Below, piece after piece: positions 51,705-62,046 of a stretch of DNA of 62,046 nucleotides. This DNA comes from Betaproteobacteria bacterium (GTDB lineage: Bacteria > Pseudomonadota > Gammaproteobacteria > Burkholderiales > SG8-39): the NCBI GenBank assembly GCA_005884455.1, contig VBCH01000219.1, positions 1-62,046 of the forward strand, read 5' to 3'. Under the pieces are notes generated by a model. It was not told where the DNA came from and did not search any database. It saw nothing but the letters and a program-made list of their open reading frames with translations. Made by a program: the position numbers and the translations under genes. Position 1 is the stretch's first letter. Every line of letters starts with the position of its first letter.

Positions 51705-51821
51705 CTCCAGGGCATTCTAGCGTGCCGCTGGTTTTTTCGGGAACGCTTCGCTCGCCGGGAACCGCGGGGCAACGCCACCCTAGCCAAGCAAGGGATGCCG
51801 ACTTTGCCCACTACCCTCCCC

Positions 51822-51877
51822 AAAAAAAGAGAACCTGCGATACAAACGCGCGGCTTGGCGCATTTATTCCGCAGGTT
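51822..51877 (-). terminator. Strong Rho-independent terminator (long interrupted hairpin + CTC + T7 on the minus strand)
   Basis: On the minus strand AACCTGCG (51877-51870) pairs with CGCAGGTT (51839-51832). An inner helix AAATGCGC/GCGCGTTT (one G-U) surrounds a CAAGCC loop. This is followed by CTCTTTTTTT (plus-strand A7 at 51822-51828). Confidence 0.7.
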
Positions 51878-51994
51878 ACCGGCCGCCCCGTGGAATTCTG
51901 CCGGGCGCGACCTGGGTAAACACGAGACCAGCCCCCGCTATTCCCAGTTCGGGCGGCGTTCGGGAGGCGCGTTTTCGGAGGGCGGGAAATGAAC

Positions 51995-52013
51995 GGGCGT
52001 GGCTTTGCCACCC
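51995..52013 (-). terminator. Weak hairpin just downstream of the cytochrome c4 stop
   Basis: Minus strand GGGTGGC-AAA-GCCAC(G)CCC then GTTCATTTCCC. It has one bulge and a poor U-tract. Confidence 0.3.
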
Positions 52014-52040
52014 TCGACTCAGGTCATCGCAACGCGAGGA

Positions 52041-52676
52041 TTACCCGCGGAGGCCGGTGATGTAATCTGCCACCGCGCGGATTTCAGGATCGCTCATCCT
52101 TGCAGCGATTGCTTGCATCATCTTGTTCGCGTCGTTCCTGCGTTCACCCGAGCGAAACGCTTTCAGCTGCGCTTCGGTGTATTCGGCGTACTGTCCCGCG
52201 AGACGCGGGTATTGCGCAGGTAAACCGGCCCCGTTCGCGCCGTGGCATCCAGCACACGCAGGAAGGCCCTTGGTCATGTCGCCGCTCCGCCAGATTTTTC
52301 GACCGAGCGCGAGCGCATCCTGGGTTTTCACCGCGCCCGGCGTGGCTCGTTGCGCGGCGTAATAAGCCGCCACATCGCGCATGTCCGCGGTGGAGAGGCC
52401 TGCAACCATGCCGCCCATGATCGGGTTTTCCCGCTCGGCCCTCTTTCCGCCCGCGGGCTTGAAGTTGGCGAGTTGCTTCTGCAGGTATTCGGGCACCTGG
52501 CTGGCGAGCTTCGGATTGGCGGGGGTCGGGCTGTTGCCGTCGGCACCGTGGCAAGCCGCGCAAACCTTGTTGGCGATGCTTTGGCCCTTGGCGGAGTCGG
52601 GTTTCGCCGCGGGTTCCGCGGCGGCGAGCGGGCCGGCGCAAACTGCTAGGCTCAAAAGCGCCAACGCTCGTTTCAT
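52041..52676 (-). CDS. Dihaem cytochrome c4
   Basis: The start was set at the ATG at 52676 (GGAGGG upstream). Signal peptide MKRALALLSLAVCAGPLAAA. Two CxxCH motifs (CAACHG, CAGCHG). Confidence 0.9.
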   Translation of the reverse strand: MKRALALLSLAVCAGPLAAAEPAAKPDSAKGQSIANKVCAACHGADGNSPTPANPKLASQVPEYLQKQLANFKPAGGKRAERENPIMGGMVAGLSTADMRDVAAYYAAQRATPGAVKTQDALALGRKIWRSGDMTKGLPACAGCHGANGAGLPAQYPRLAGQYAEYTEAQLKAFRSGERRNDANKMMQAIAARMSDPEIRAVADYITGLRG

Positions 52677-52745
52677 TCCTTTTTCCCTCCGCGAGCCTTC
52701 GCTCAAAAGGCTGATATTCTAGCAAAACCGGTTGCCCCGACCCAC

Positions 52746-53465
52746 ATGTCACTCTTCCGCAGTGCTCTCTTCTTCAAAAGCGTTGCCTCGCTTGCGGACG
52801 CTCCGGCGAGCGTCGCTGAAATCGCCTTCGTCGGTCGATCGAACACGGGCAAATCAAGCGCCCTCAACGCGCTTGCCGGGAGCCAGTTGGCATTCGTGAG
52901 CAAGACCCCGGGACGCACTCGGCTCATCAATTTCTACGCGTTGGGCTCGGAGCGATTCATCGTTGATCTACCCGGCTACGGCTACGCCCGGGTTCCCGAG
53001 GCGACACGGGCGTCCTGGGAAAAACTGCTGGGCGGGTATCTCCAGACGCGCGCGCCTTTGTGCGGCCTGGCCCTGGTAATGGACGTGCGCCACCCGCTGA
53101 CCGAGCTCGATCAACGCATGCTCGGATGGTTTTGTCTCACGGGAAAACCGGTGCACGTGCTGCTCACCAAAGCGGATAAACTCTCTCGGGAGGCCGCCCA
53201 GAAGGTCTTGCGCAGGGTCGAAGGAGAAATCGGCGCGTTCGCGCCCAATGCCTCGGTGCAGTTGTTCTCGAGCCTCAAGAAATCCGGACTTGAGGAAGCT
53301 GCAGCGGTGCTGCTCCGGTGGCTGGACGCGAGCGCGCCAAGGGCCGTCAGCGTGGCCCTTGGCCGAGAGCCAAATGAAAACCCCCGGCAAAACCGGGGGT
53401 GGAGAAATAAAAGCCCCCGGGCCAAAAGGGGAAATCAGCCCGGGGCAAAATGCCTTAAGGTTTAA
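52746..53465 (+). CDS. engB: Ribosome biogenesis GTPase EngB/YihA, with an unusual ~45-aa basic C-terminal tail
   Basis: G1 GRSNTGKSS, DLPGYGY, TKADK. Divergent from cytochrome c4, as in many proteobacteria. There is no in-frame stop before 53463-53465, so the ORF runs through hairpin-rich sequence. Confidence 0.85.
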   Translation: MSLFRSALFFKSVASLADAPASVAEIAFVGRSNTGKSSALNALAGSQLAFVSKTPGRTRLINFYALGSERFIVDLPGYGYARVPEATRASWEKLLGGYLQTRAPLCGLALVMDVRHPLTELDQRMLGWFCLTGKPVHVLLTKADKLSREAAQKVLRRVEGEIGAFAPNASVQLFSSLKKSGLEEAAAVLLRWLDASAPRAVSVALGREPNENPRQNRGWRNKSPRAKRGNQPGAKCLKV

Positions 53466-53469
53466 GGCA
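53377..53469 (-). terminator. Three tandem stem-loops, each followed by T4 on the minus strand (terminator-like array inside the engB 3' tail)
   Basis: Hairpin 1: CCCCCGG (53381-87) / CCGGGGG (53393-99). Hairpin 2: GCCCCCGGGC (53413-22) / GCCCGGGGC (53438-46), one bulge. Hairpin 3: TGCCTTAA (53451-58) / TTAAGGCA (53462-69). Each is preceded on the plus strand by AAAA. Confidence 0.4.
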
Positions 53470-53577
53470 TCCCGCTCAGGGAGGAGAAGCGGGAGACGAC
53501 CGAAGTCGCCTACAGCATGGGAGTCCTCGCGAGGAGAAAGGTTCCCGTAGCGGGTCTACTAGAATATAACAGACTGA

Positions 53578-56399
<2,822 letters not shown>

Positions 56400-56402
56400 G
56401 AG

Positions 56403-56732
56403 CTAAGCCGGCCGCGTCTCGGAATCGACCCAATCGAGGTACGCCGGCAATCCCCCGGTCAATCGGACCGCGATGATCTCCGGAAGTTCGTAGGGGTGGC
56501 CCGAGCGGATCGCCGCCTCGAGCTCGGCGTAGCGGCCGGCGGTGGTCTTGATGAGCATCGGGAATTCCTCGGCGTCCTCGGTCTTGCCTTTCCAGCGATA
56601 GATCGAGCGGCACGGCGACAGGATATTGATGCACGCAGCGAGGTGCCTTTCGACAAGCTCGTGCGCGAGCTTCGCCGCGCTGCCGCGGTCGGGCAGATTG
56701 GTGATGACAAGATAGCCGTCCGCCGCATTCAT
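56403..56732 (-). CDS. cutA: Divalent-cation tolerance protein CutA
   Basis: 109 aa with LAACINIL...SIYRWKGK motifs. Directly upstream of dsbD, as in E. coli. Confidence 0.9.
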   Translation of the reverse strand: MNAADGYLVITNLPDRGSAAKLAHELVERHLAACINILSPCRSIYRWKGKTEDAEEFPMLIKTTAGRYAELEAAIRSGHPYELPEIIAVRLTGGLPAYLDWVDSETRPA

Positions 56733-57607
56733 GCAGGCTCCTTGATCGCGGGAACGCCGTCTCGCACAGTGGGATAGCGCAATCGCACGCCGAGCTCCGC
56801 CTTCATGCGCCGATTGGAAAGGCGTCTCGATTCGCTCATGAAAGAAAACAGTTCCGGCGCCAGCAGGCGTGCGGCTTCTTCCCGCGAGACGCGCGGGGGC
56901 CGAGCAAGACCGCTGCGATCGGCGACGAGGTCGAAAAATTCGCCCATCTTCATGGGGCCGTCGTCGCTCGCATTGTAGACACCGCGCGCGCTGGCCGATT
57001 CGAGAGCGGCGACGAGGATTCCGGCGAGATCGTCTGCATGGATGTGATTGGTGTACACGTCCTGCTCGGGCTTAAGCGCCGCAGTGCCACGCGCCAGTCG
57101 CTCGAGCGGCAGGCGGTCGTGGGCGTAGATTCCCGGCACGCGCAGGATCACGATCTCGACCTTGTTGCGCTCGCCCCAGTCACCGAGCGCCCGTTCGGCG
57201 TCCAGGCGGCGCAGGGCGCGTTCAGTCTGCGGGTTAGGTGGGCGGGTCTCGTCGACCCATTCGCCCGCACAATCGCCGTATACCCCGCTCGTGGAAAGGT
57301 ACGCGAATCTCCGTGGTAACATGGCGCCGCGTCCGCGCGGTGCGAGCGCTGCAAGCAGACTGCGCATACGAATATCGAGCGTTCCGCCTGCGGAGGGCGG
57401 CGCGAGATGCACGATGCGGGCGGCGCGACCGACTAGCGGCGCGAGCGAGGCGGCATCGTCGAGATCACCCGCGATTTGCCCCACCCCGGCGGTATCGAGC
57501 ACGGGATCGGGCGAGCGCACCAGAGCCGTCACGCGATAGCGACGCTGCAGTTCCGGCAAGGCGCGGCGCGCGACGTCACCGCAACCGATGATGAGCAGAT
57601 TTTCCAC
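56729..57607 (-). CDS. NAD(P)-binding Rossmann-fold protein (SDR/NAD-dependent epimerase family)
   Basis: 292 aa with a GTG start and N-terminal IIGCGDVA glycine-rich motif. 4-nt overlap with cutA. Confidence 0.8.
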   Translation of the reverse strand: MENLLIIGCGDVARRALPELQRRYRVTALVRSPDPVLDTAGVGQIAGDLDDAASLAPLVGRAARIVHLAPPSAGGTLDIRMRSLLAALAPRGRGAMLPRRFAYLSTSGVYGDCAGEWVDETRPPNPQTERALRRLDAERALGDWGERNKVEIVILRVPGIYAHDRLPLERLARGTAALKPEQDVYTNHIHADDLAGILVAALESASARGVYNASDDGPMKMGEFFDLVADRSGLARPPRVSREEAARLLAPELFSFMSESRRLSNRRMKAELGVRLRYPTVRDGVPAIKEPA

Positions 57608-57631
57608 GAACGGATTCTACCCCGCGCACCG

Positions 57632-58657
57632 ATGACGCATCAGGTCACGATACGCAACACCGGCCACCGGTTTCCGGCGCAGGACGGCTCCACGATCCTG
57701 CAGTCGGCGCTCGATGCGGGCCTCGTGCTCCCTTACGGCTGCCGCGACGGCGCCTGCGGCAGCTGCAAGGGGAAGCTCGTCGATGGCAGGATCGACTACG
57801 GCCGTTACTCGGAAAAGGCGCTCACCGCGCAGGAGCGCGCGCAGGGCTACGCGCTCTTCTGCCAGGCGAAGCCCCTCTCTGACGTGGCGATCGAAGCGCG
57901 CGAAGTGCGCAAAGCAGGCGATATCCAGGTGAGGAAACTTCCCGCGCGCGTGCAGAAGCTGGAGCGCGCCGCGGACGACGCCATGATCGTCTATCTGAAG
58001 CTCCCCGCGAACGAGCGCCTGATGTACCTTCCCGGCCAATACATCGACATCCTCCTGAAGGACGGCACGCGGCGGAGCTTTTCCATGGCCAATGCGCCGC
58101 ACGACGACGAGTTCGTGCAGCTGCACGTGCGCCACGTGCCGGGCGGCGCGTTCACCGACCACGTGTTCCAGACCATGAAGGAGCGCGACATCCTGCGCCT
58201 GGAAGGGCCGTTCGGCACGTTCTTCCTGCGCGACGAATCCGACAAGCCCATCGTGCTCGTCGCCTCGGGCACGGGATTCGCGCCGATCAAGGCGCTGATC
58301 GAGGCCGCATTCAAAAAAGGCGTCAAGCGTCCCATGAGGCTTTACTGGGGCGCGCGCCGCCCGAAGGATCTTTACCTGAACGGTTTGGCCGAGCGCTGGG
58401 TCGCCGAGCATTCGGGGTTTGAGTACGTGCCGGTGATTTCCGACGCCCTGCCGGAAGACAACTGGAGCGGCCGGACGGGATTCGTGCACCGCGCGGTGAT
58501 GGACGACCTCTCAGACCTTTCCGGCCACCAGGTCTACGCCTGCGGGGTTCCGATCATGGTGGATTCCGCGCGGCGCGATTTCATCCAGAACTGCCGGTTG
58601 CCCGAAAACGAATTTTTCGCCGATTCCTTCACCACCGCCGCCGACAAGGCGCGCTAG
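57632..58657 (+). CDS. 2Fe-2S ferredoxin / FNR-type flavin reductase fusion (CDP-6-deoxy-delta-3,4-glucoseen reductase-like)
   Basis: The start was set at the ATG at 57632 (MTHQVTIRNTGHRF). CRDGACGSCKGKL...C plant-type ferredoxin cluster, RRSFSMAN flavin motif, and GTGFAP NAD(P)-binding motif. Confidence 0.85.
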   Translation: MTHQVTIRNTGHRFPAQDGSTILQSALDAGLVLPYGCRDGACGSCKGKLVDGRIDYGRYSEKALTAQERAQGYALFCQAKPLSDVAIEAREVRKAGDIQVRKLPARVQKLERAADDAMIVYLKLPANERLMYLPGQYIDILLKDGTRRSFSMANAPHDDEFVQLHVRHVPGGAFTDHVFQTMKERDILRLEGPFGTFFLRDESDKPIVLVASGTGFAPIKALIEAAFKKGVKRPMRLYWGARRPKDLYLNGLAERWVAEHSGFEYVPVISDALPEDNWSGRTGFVHRAVMDDLSDLSGHQVYACGVPIMVDSARRDFIQNCRLPENEFFADSFTTAADKAR

Positions 58658-58664
58658 CGCCGGA

Positions 58665-59381
58665 CTACCCCGCCGCCTCGCCGAGATAGGCTTCGCGCAC
58701 GCGCGGGTCGGCGAGCAGCTCGCGCGCTTCTCCCGAGAGCGTGATCTCCCCGCTTTCCATGACATAGCCGCGGTGCGCGAGCGCAAGCGCGCTTCGCGCG
58801 TTCTGCTCCACCAGCAGCACCGTGACGCCGGTGCGGTTGATGTCGCGGATCACCTGCAAGATCCTCTGCGCCGCGATCGGGGCGAGGCCCATGCTCGGCT
58901 CATCGAGCGCGAGGAGCTTCGGCCGGCTCATGAGGGCGCGGCCGATGGCGAGCATCTGTTGCTCGCCCCCGGACAACGTGCCCGCGGTCTGGCGGCAGCG
59001 CTCCGCGAGCCGTGGAAACAGCTCGAAAACGCGCGCGCGGTCGGAGGTGACCCCGGCGTCGGACCGGGCGTAAGCTCCCATCGCTAGATTCTCCTCGACG
59101 CTCAGTTGCGCGAACACCCCGCGTCCTTCGGGCACCATGACGAGCCCAGCCCGCGCGCGCGCAAACGCGGGGACTCCGGCGAGATCACGGCCGTCGAACC
59201 GGATCGACCCCGGAGCAGCCGGCGCAAGCCCGGAGACGGCGCGCAGAGTCGAGGACTTGCCCGCGCCGTTCGCGCCGATCAGGCAGACGAGCTCGCCCGC
59301 GGCGATTTCAAGATCGATTCCCTTCACCGCGCGGATTCCGCCGTAGCGGACTTCCAGGCCGCGAATTTCGAGCAGCTTCAT
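58665..59381 (-). CDS. livF: Branched-chain amino acid-type ABC transporter ATP-binding protein (LivF type)
   Basis: The start was set at the ATG at 59381 (MKLLEIRGLEVRYGG). Walker A GANGAGKSS, LSGGEQQM, LLALDEP. Confidence 0.88.
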   Translation of the reverse strand: MKLLEIRGLEVRYGGIRAVKGIDLEIAAGELVCLIGANGAGKSSTLRAVSGLAPAAPGSIRFDGRDLAGVPAFARARAGLVMVPEGRGVFAQLSVEENLAMGAYARSDAGVTSDRARVFELFPRLAERCRQTAGTLSGGEQQMLAIGRALMSRPKLLALDEPSMGLAPIAAQRILQVIRDINRTGVTVLLVEQNARSALALAHRGYVMESGEITLSGEARELLADPRVREAYLGEAAG

Positions 59382-60154
59382 GCGGACGGCGCCGTCGCGG
59401 CGCCGAGGTAGGCCTCGATCACCTTCGCATCGCGCTGCACTTCGGCCGGCACGCCCTCGGCGATGCGCTTGCCGTAATCGAGAACCAGCACGCGGTCGCA
59501 TACGTTCATGACCACGCGCATGTCGTGCTCGATGAGGAGCAGCGTCGCGCCGTCCGCGCGAAGGCGCTCGAGCAGCGCCCGGAGCCCTTTGGTCTCCGAG
59601 GCATTCATTCCCGCCGCGGGTTCGTCCAGGGCGAGCAGGACGGGGTCGGTCGCGAGCGCGCGCGCGATTTCCAGGCGCCGCTGATCGCCGTACGCAAGGC
59701 TCCCGGCCGGATCGTTCGCCCGGGCGCGAATGCCGACGTAGTCGAGCAGCTCCGCCGCGCGCCGCTCGATTCCAGCTTCTTCGGCGCGCGTCGCCGGATC
59801 GCGCAGCACCGCGCCGAGGACGCCCGCGCGCGTGCGGACATGGCGGCCGATCATGACGTTTTCGAGAGCGGACAGGTTGGCGAAGAGCCGGATGTTCTGG
59901 AAAGTGCGGCCGATGCCGCGCGCCGCGATCCTGTCGGGCTTGAGCCCGGTGAGCTCCCTTCCGTCGAGGAGAAAGCGGCCGCGGTCAGCCGGGTAGAGCC
60001 CGGTGAGCAGGTTGAACAGCGTGGTCTTTCCGGCGCCGTTCGGACCTATCAGCCCGAAGATCTGGCCGCGCGAAATCGAAAAGCTCACGTCGATGAGTGC
60101 CTCGACGCCACCGAAGCGCTTGCTTACGTGTTCGGCCTCAAGCAGCACGCTCAC
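59378..60154 (-). CDS. livG: Branched-chain amino acid-type ABC transporter ATP-binding protein (LivG type)
   Basis: The GTG at 60154 overlaps the livM stop (GTGA). Walker A GPNGAGKTT; C-terminal VIEAYLG. Confidence 0.88.
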   Translation of the reverse strand: MSVLLEAEHVSKRFGGVEALIDVSFSISRGQIFGLIGPNGAGKTTLFNLLTGLYPADRGRFLLDGRELTGLKPDRIAARGIGRTFQNIRLFANLSALENVMIGRHVRTRAGVLGAVLRDPATRAEEAGIERRAAELLDYVGIRARANDPAGSLAYGDQRRLEIARALATDPVLLALDEPAAGMNASETKGLRALLERLRADGATLLLIEHDMRVVMNVCDRVLVLDYGKRIAEGVPAEVQRDAKVIEAYLGAATAPSA

Positions 60155-61230
60155 GGCTTGCGCTCCGCGAGCTCGCGCTTGCGCACCGCGGACGGCCACA
60201 AGCCGCCGGGCCGCAGCGTCATGACGAGCACGAGGGCGAATCCGAAAATCAGCATGCGGATCACTTCCGGTTCGATGATCATCCGGCCGAAGAGCTGTTT
60301 TTGCGCCGGCTCGACCGTGAACCGCAGGATCTCCGGAACGAAGGAGAGCAGCACCGCGCCAAGGATCACGCCCCAGATGTTTCCCATGCCGCCGAGCACG
60401 ACCATGGAAACCACCATGATGGATTCGACCAGCACGAAGCTCTCCGGGGAAACAAATCCCTGGATCGCGGAGAACATGCCGCCCGCAACGCCGCCGAAGG
60501 TCGCCCCCATGGCGAAGGCGAGCAGCTTCACGCGCGTGGTGTCGATGCCCATCGCGCGCGCGGCGATCTCGTCTTCGCGGATCGCCTCCCAGGCGCGGCC
60601 GATTCGCGAGTTCTGGAGCCGCACGTTGATGAAGATCACCGCGAGCAGCACCGCGAGCAGCAGGTAGTAGTACTTGATCGGCCCGCTGAAGACGAGGCCG
60701 AGGAAGCTGTCCGACTTGGAAAAATCGATCCCGCCCAGCCGGAACGGATCGATGCGCGCGATCCCCTGCGGGCCGTTGGTGATGTTGATGGGCTGGGACA
60801 GGTTATTCAGGAAGATCCGCACGATCTCGCCGAAGCCGAGCGTCACGATGGCGAGATAGTCGCCGCGCAGTTTGAGCGTTGGGGCTCCGATCAGCACTCC
60901 GAAGAGCGCCGCCACCGCGGCCCCGAGCGGCAGGATCGCCCAGAACGGCCAGTGGATGCCGAAGTGCGGCGAGGCGAGGAGCGCGTAGACGTAGGCGCCC
61001 ACCGCGTAGAAGGCGACGTAACCGAGATCGAGCAGCCCGGCGAAGCCGACCACTATATTCAGGCCGAGCGACAGGAACACGAAGAGGATCGCGAGATTCG
61101 TGATCCGCACCCAGGCCGTGCCGACCGCCGCGAGAGCGAACGGCAGCGCGAGCAGCGCGAGCGCGACGATAGCCGCGCCGGCCCACGGCGCAGCGGCGTG
61201 CCGTTTCAAGCGTGCGATCGATTCAATCAC
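60151..61230 (-). CDS. livM: Branched-chain amino acid-type ABC transporter permease (LivM-like)
   Basis: 359-aa membrane ORF with LGYVAFYAVGAY and GGMGNIWG motifs. Confidence 0.9.
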   Translation of the reverse strand: MIESIARLKRHAAAPWAGAAIVALALLALPFALAAVGTAWVRITNLAILFVFLSLGLNIVVGFAGLLDLGYVAFYAVGAYVYALLASPHFGIHWPFWAILPLGAAVAALFGVLIGAPTLKLRGDYLAIVTLGFGEIVRIFLNNLSQPINITNGPQGIARIDPFRLGGIDFSKSDSFLGLVFSGPIKYYYLLLAVLLAVIFINVRLQNSRIGRAWEAIREDEIAARAMGIDTTRVKLLAFAMGATFGGVAGGMFSAIQGFVSPESFVLVESIMVVSMVVLGGMGNIWGVILGAVLLSFVPEILRFTVEPAQKQLFGRMIIEPEVIRMLIFGFALVLVMTLRPGGLWPSAVRKRELAERKP

Positions 61231-62046
61231 GCCCTGTCCCCGACCCGCTCGCCGAGCAGCCCCGAAGGCCGCAACACCAGCACCGCGATCAGCACGATGA
61301 ACGCGAACACGTCCTGGTAATTCGAACCGAACATGTTTCCGGTCAGGTCGCCTATATAGCCGGCGCCGAGCGCTTCCACCACGCCGAGCAGCACCCCGCC
61401 GAGCATCGCTCCCGGTATGTTGCCGATCCCGCCCAGCACCGCCGCGCAGAACGCTTTCAGGCCCAGCTGCGAGCCCATGGCGTAGTGAGCGATGCCGTAA
61501 TAGCTCGCCACCATGACTCCGGCCACCGCCGCGAGGGCGGCGCCGATGACGAAAGTCAGGGCGATGATGCGGTTTGCGTCGATGCCCATGAGCCCCGCCA
61601 CTTGCGGGTTATGCGCGGTCGCCCGCATCGCGGTGCCGAGCCGCGTTCGATATACGAGAGCGGCGAGTCCCGCCATCATCGCAAGCGAGATCGCCAGAAT
61701 GGCGATCTGAACGCTGGTGATGGTGGCCCCGGCGAAGTGGTACGACTCCACCTTGATGATCTGCGGAAAGGCGAGCGGGTTGCGGCTCCAGATCATCATC
61801 GCCAGGTGCTGCAGGATGATCGACACGCCGATCGCGGTGATCAGGGGTGCAAGCCGCGGTGCGCCCCTCAAGGGTCGGTACGCCGCGCGCTCCATCGCGT
61901 AGCCGACCAGCATGCACACCGGGATCGCGCACCCGGCTGCGACGAGGACGATGGCGAGCGGCGGCAGGCCGGAGGGCGCGAGCGCGCCGATGACCGAGAA
62001 CGCCACCATGGCGCCGATCATCACGACCTCGCCGTGGGCGAAGTTG
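61227..62046 (-). CDS. livH: Branched-chain amino acid-type ABC transporter permease (LivH-like), 5' end beyond the window
   Basis: The frame stays open to the window edge, and the last codons read NFAHGEVVMIGAM, the conserved LivH N-proximal motif. The track ORF start at 62024 is internal. Confidence 0.9.
   Translation of the reverse strand, partial: NFAHGEVVMIGAMVAFSVIGALAPSGLPPLAIVLVAAGCAIPVCMLVGYAMERAAYRPLRGAPRLAPLITAIGVSIILQHLAMMIWSRNPLAFPQIIKVESYHFAGATITSVQIAILAISLAMMAGLAALVYRTRLGTAMRATAHNPQVAGLMGIDANRIIALTFVIGAALAAVAGVMVASYYGIAHYAMGSQLGLKAFCAAVLGGIGNIPGAMLGGVLLGVVEALGAGYIGDLTGNMFGSNYQDVFAFIVLIAVLVLRPSGLLGERVGDRA

Overview
GC-rich proteobacterial chromosomal segment (roughly two-thirds G+C by eye, not computed). 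The gene order is typical of Beta/Gammaproteobacteria: mrcA divergent from pilMNOPQ-aroK-aroB-gltBD, cyaY-lptM-lysA, cytochrome c4 divergent from engB, and cutA-dsbD. I call about 50 protein genes. I see no rRNA, tRNA, CRISPR array, transposase, integrase or phage genes. Most content is housekeeping: two Liv-type ABC importers (one fused with an acyl-CoA ligase), a peptide-type ABC importer, IcmF, a copper P-type ATPase, glmUS, gltBD, aroKB, the type IV pilus alignment/secretin operon, PBP1A, lysA, an RND pump, an ECF sigma/anti-sigma pair, hemB, dsbD and cutA. The least explained part is 6.6-19.8 kb. There, an atypical REC-GAF-GGDEF cyclase is followed by a tightly packed four-gene module of exported proteins with no enzymatic domain (8360-14107). 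The module comprises a small beta-sandwich lipoprotein, an 854-aa multi-repeat lipoprotein with a TolB-N/LpoB/FlgT-like core and TPR tail, a TolB-like beta-propeller, and a 500-aa TPR protein. It runs with only a 49-nt gap into the peptide-type ABC importer. I rank this as the best candidate for an undescribed envelope system. All domain calls there are by-eye motif recognition and need HMM and structure checks. Secondary observations: a synonymous-only inverted duplication at the window start; a near-perfect 24-bp palindrome in the icmF promoter; an untracked 42-aa LptM-like lipoprotein gene; a row of three reverse-oriented terminator-like hairpins inside the engB 3' tail; and a strong terminator far downstream of cytochrome c4. 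Many long ORFs in the supplied track are antisense or out-of-frame artefacts of high GC and were rejected.
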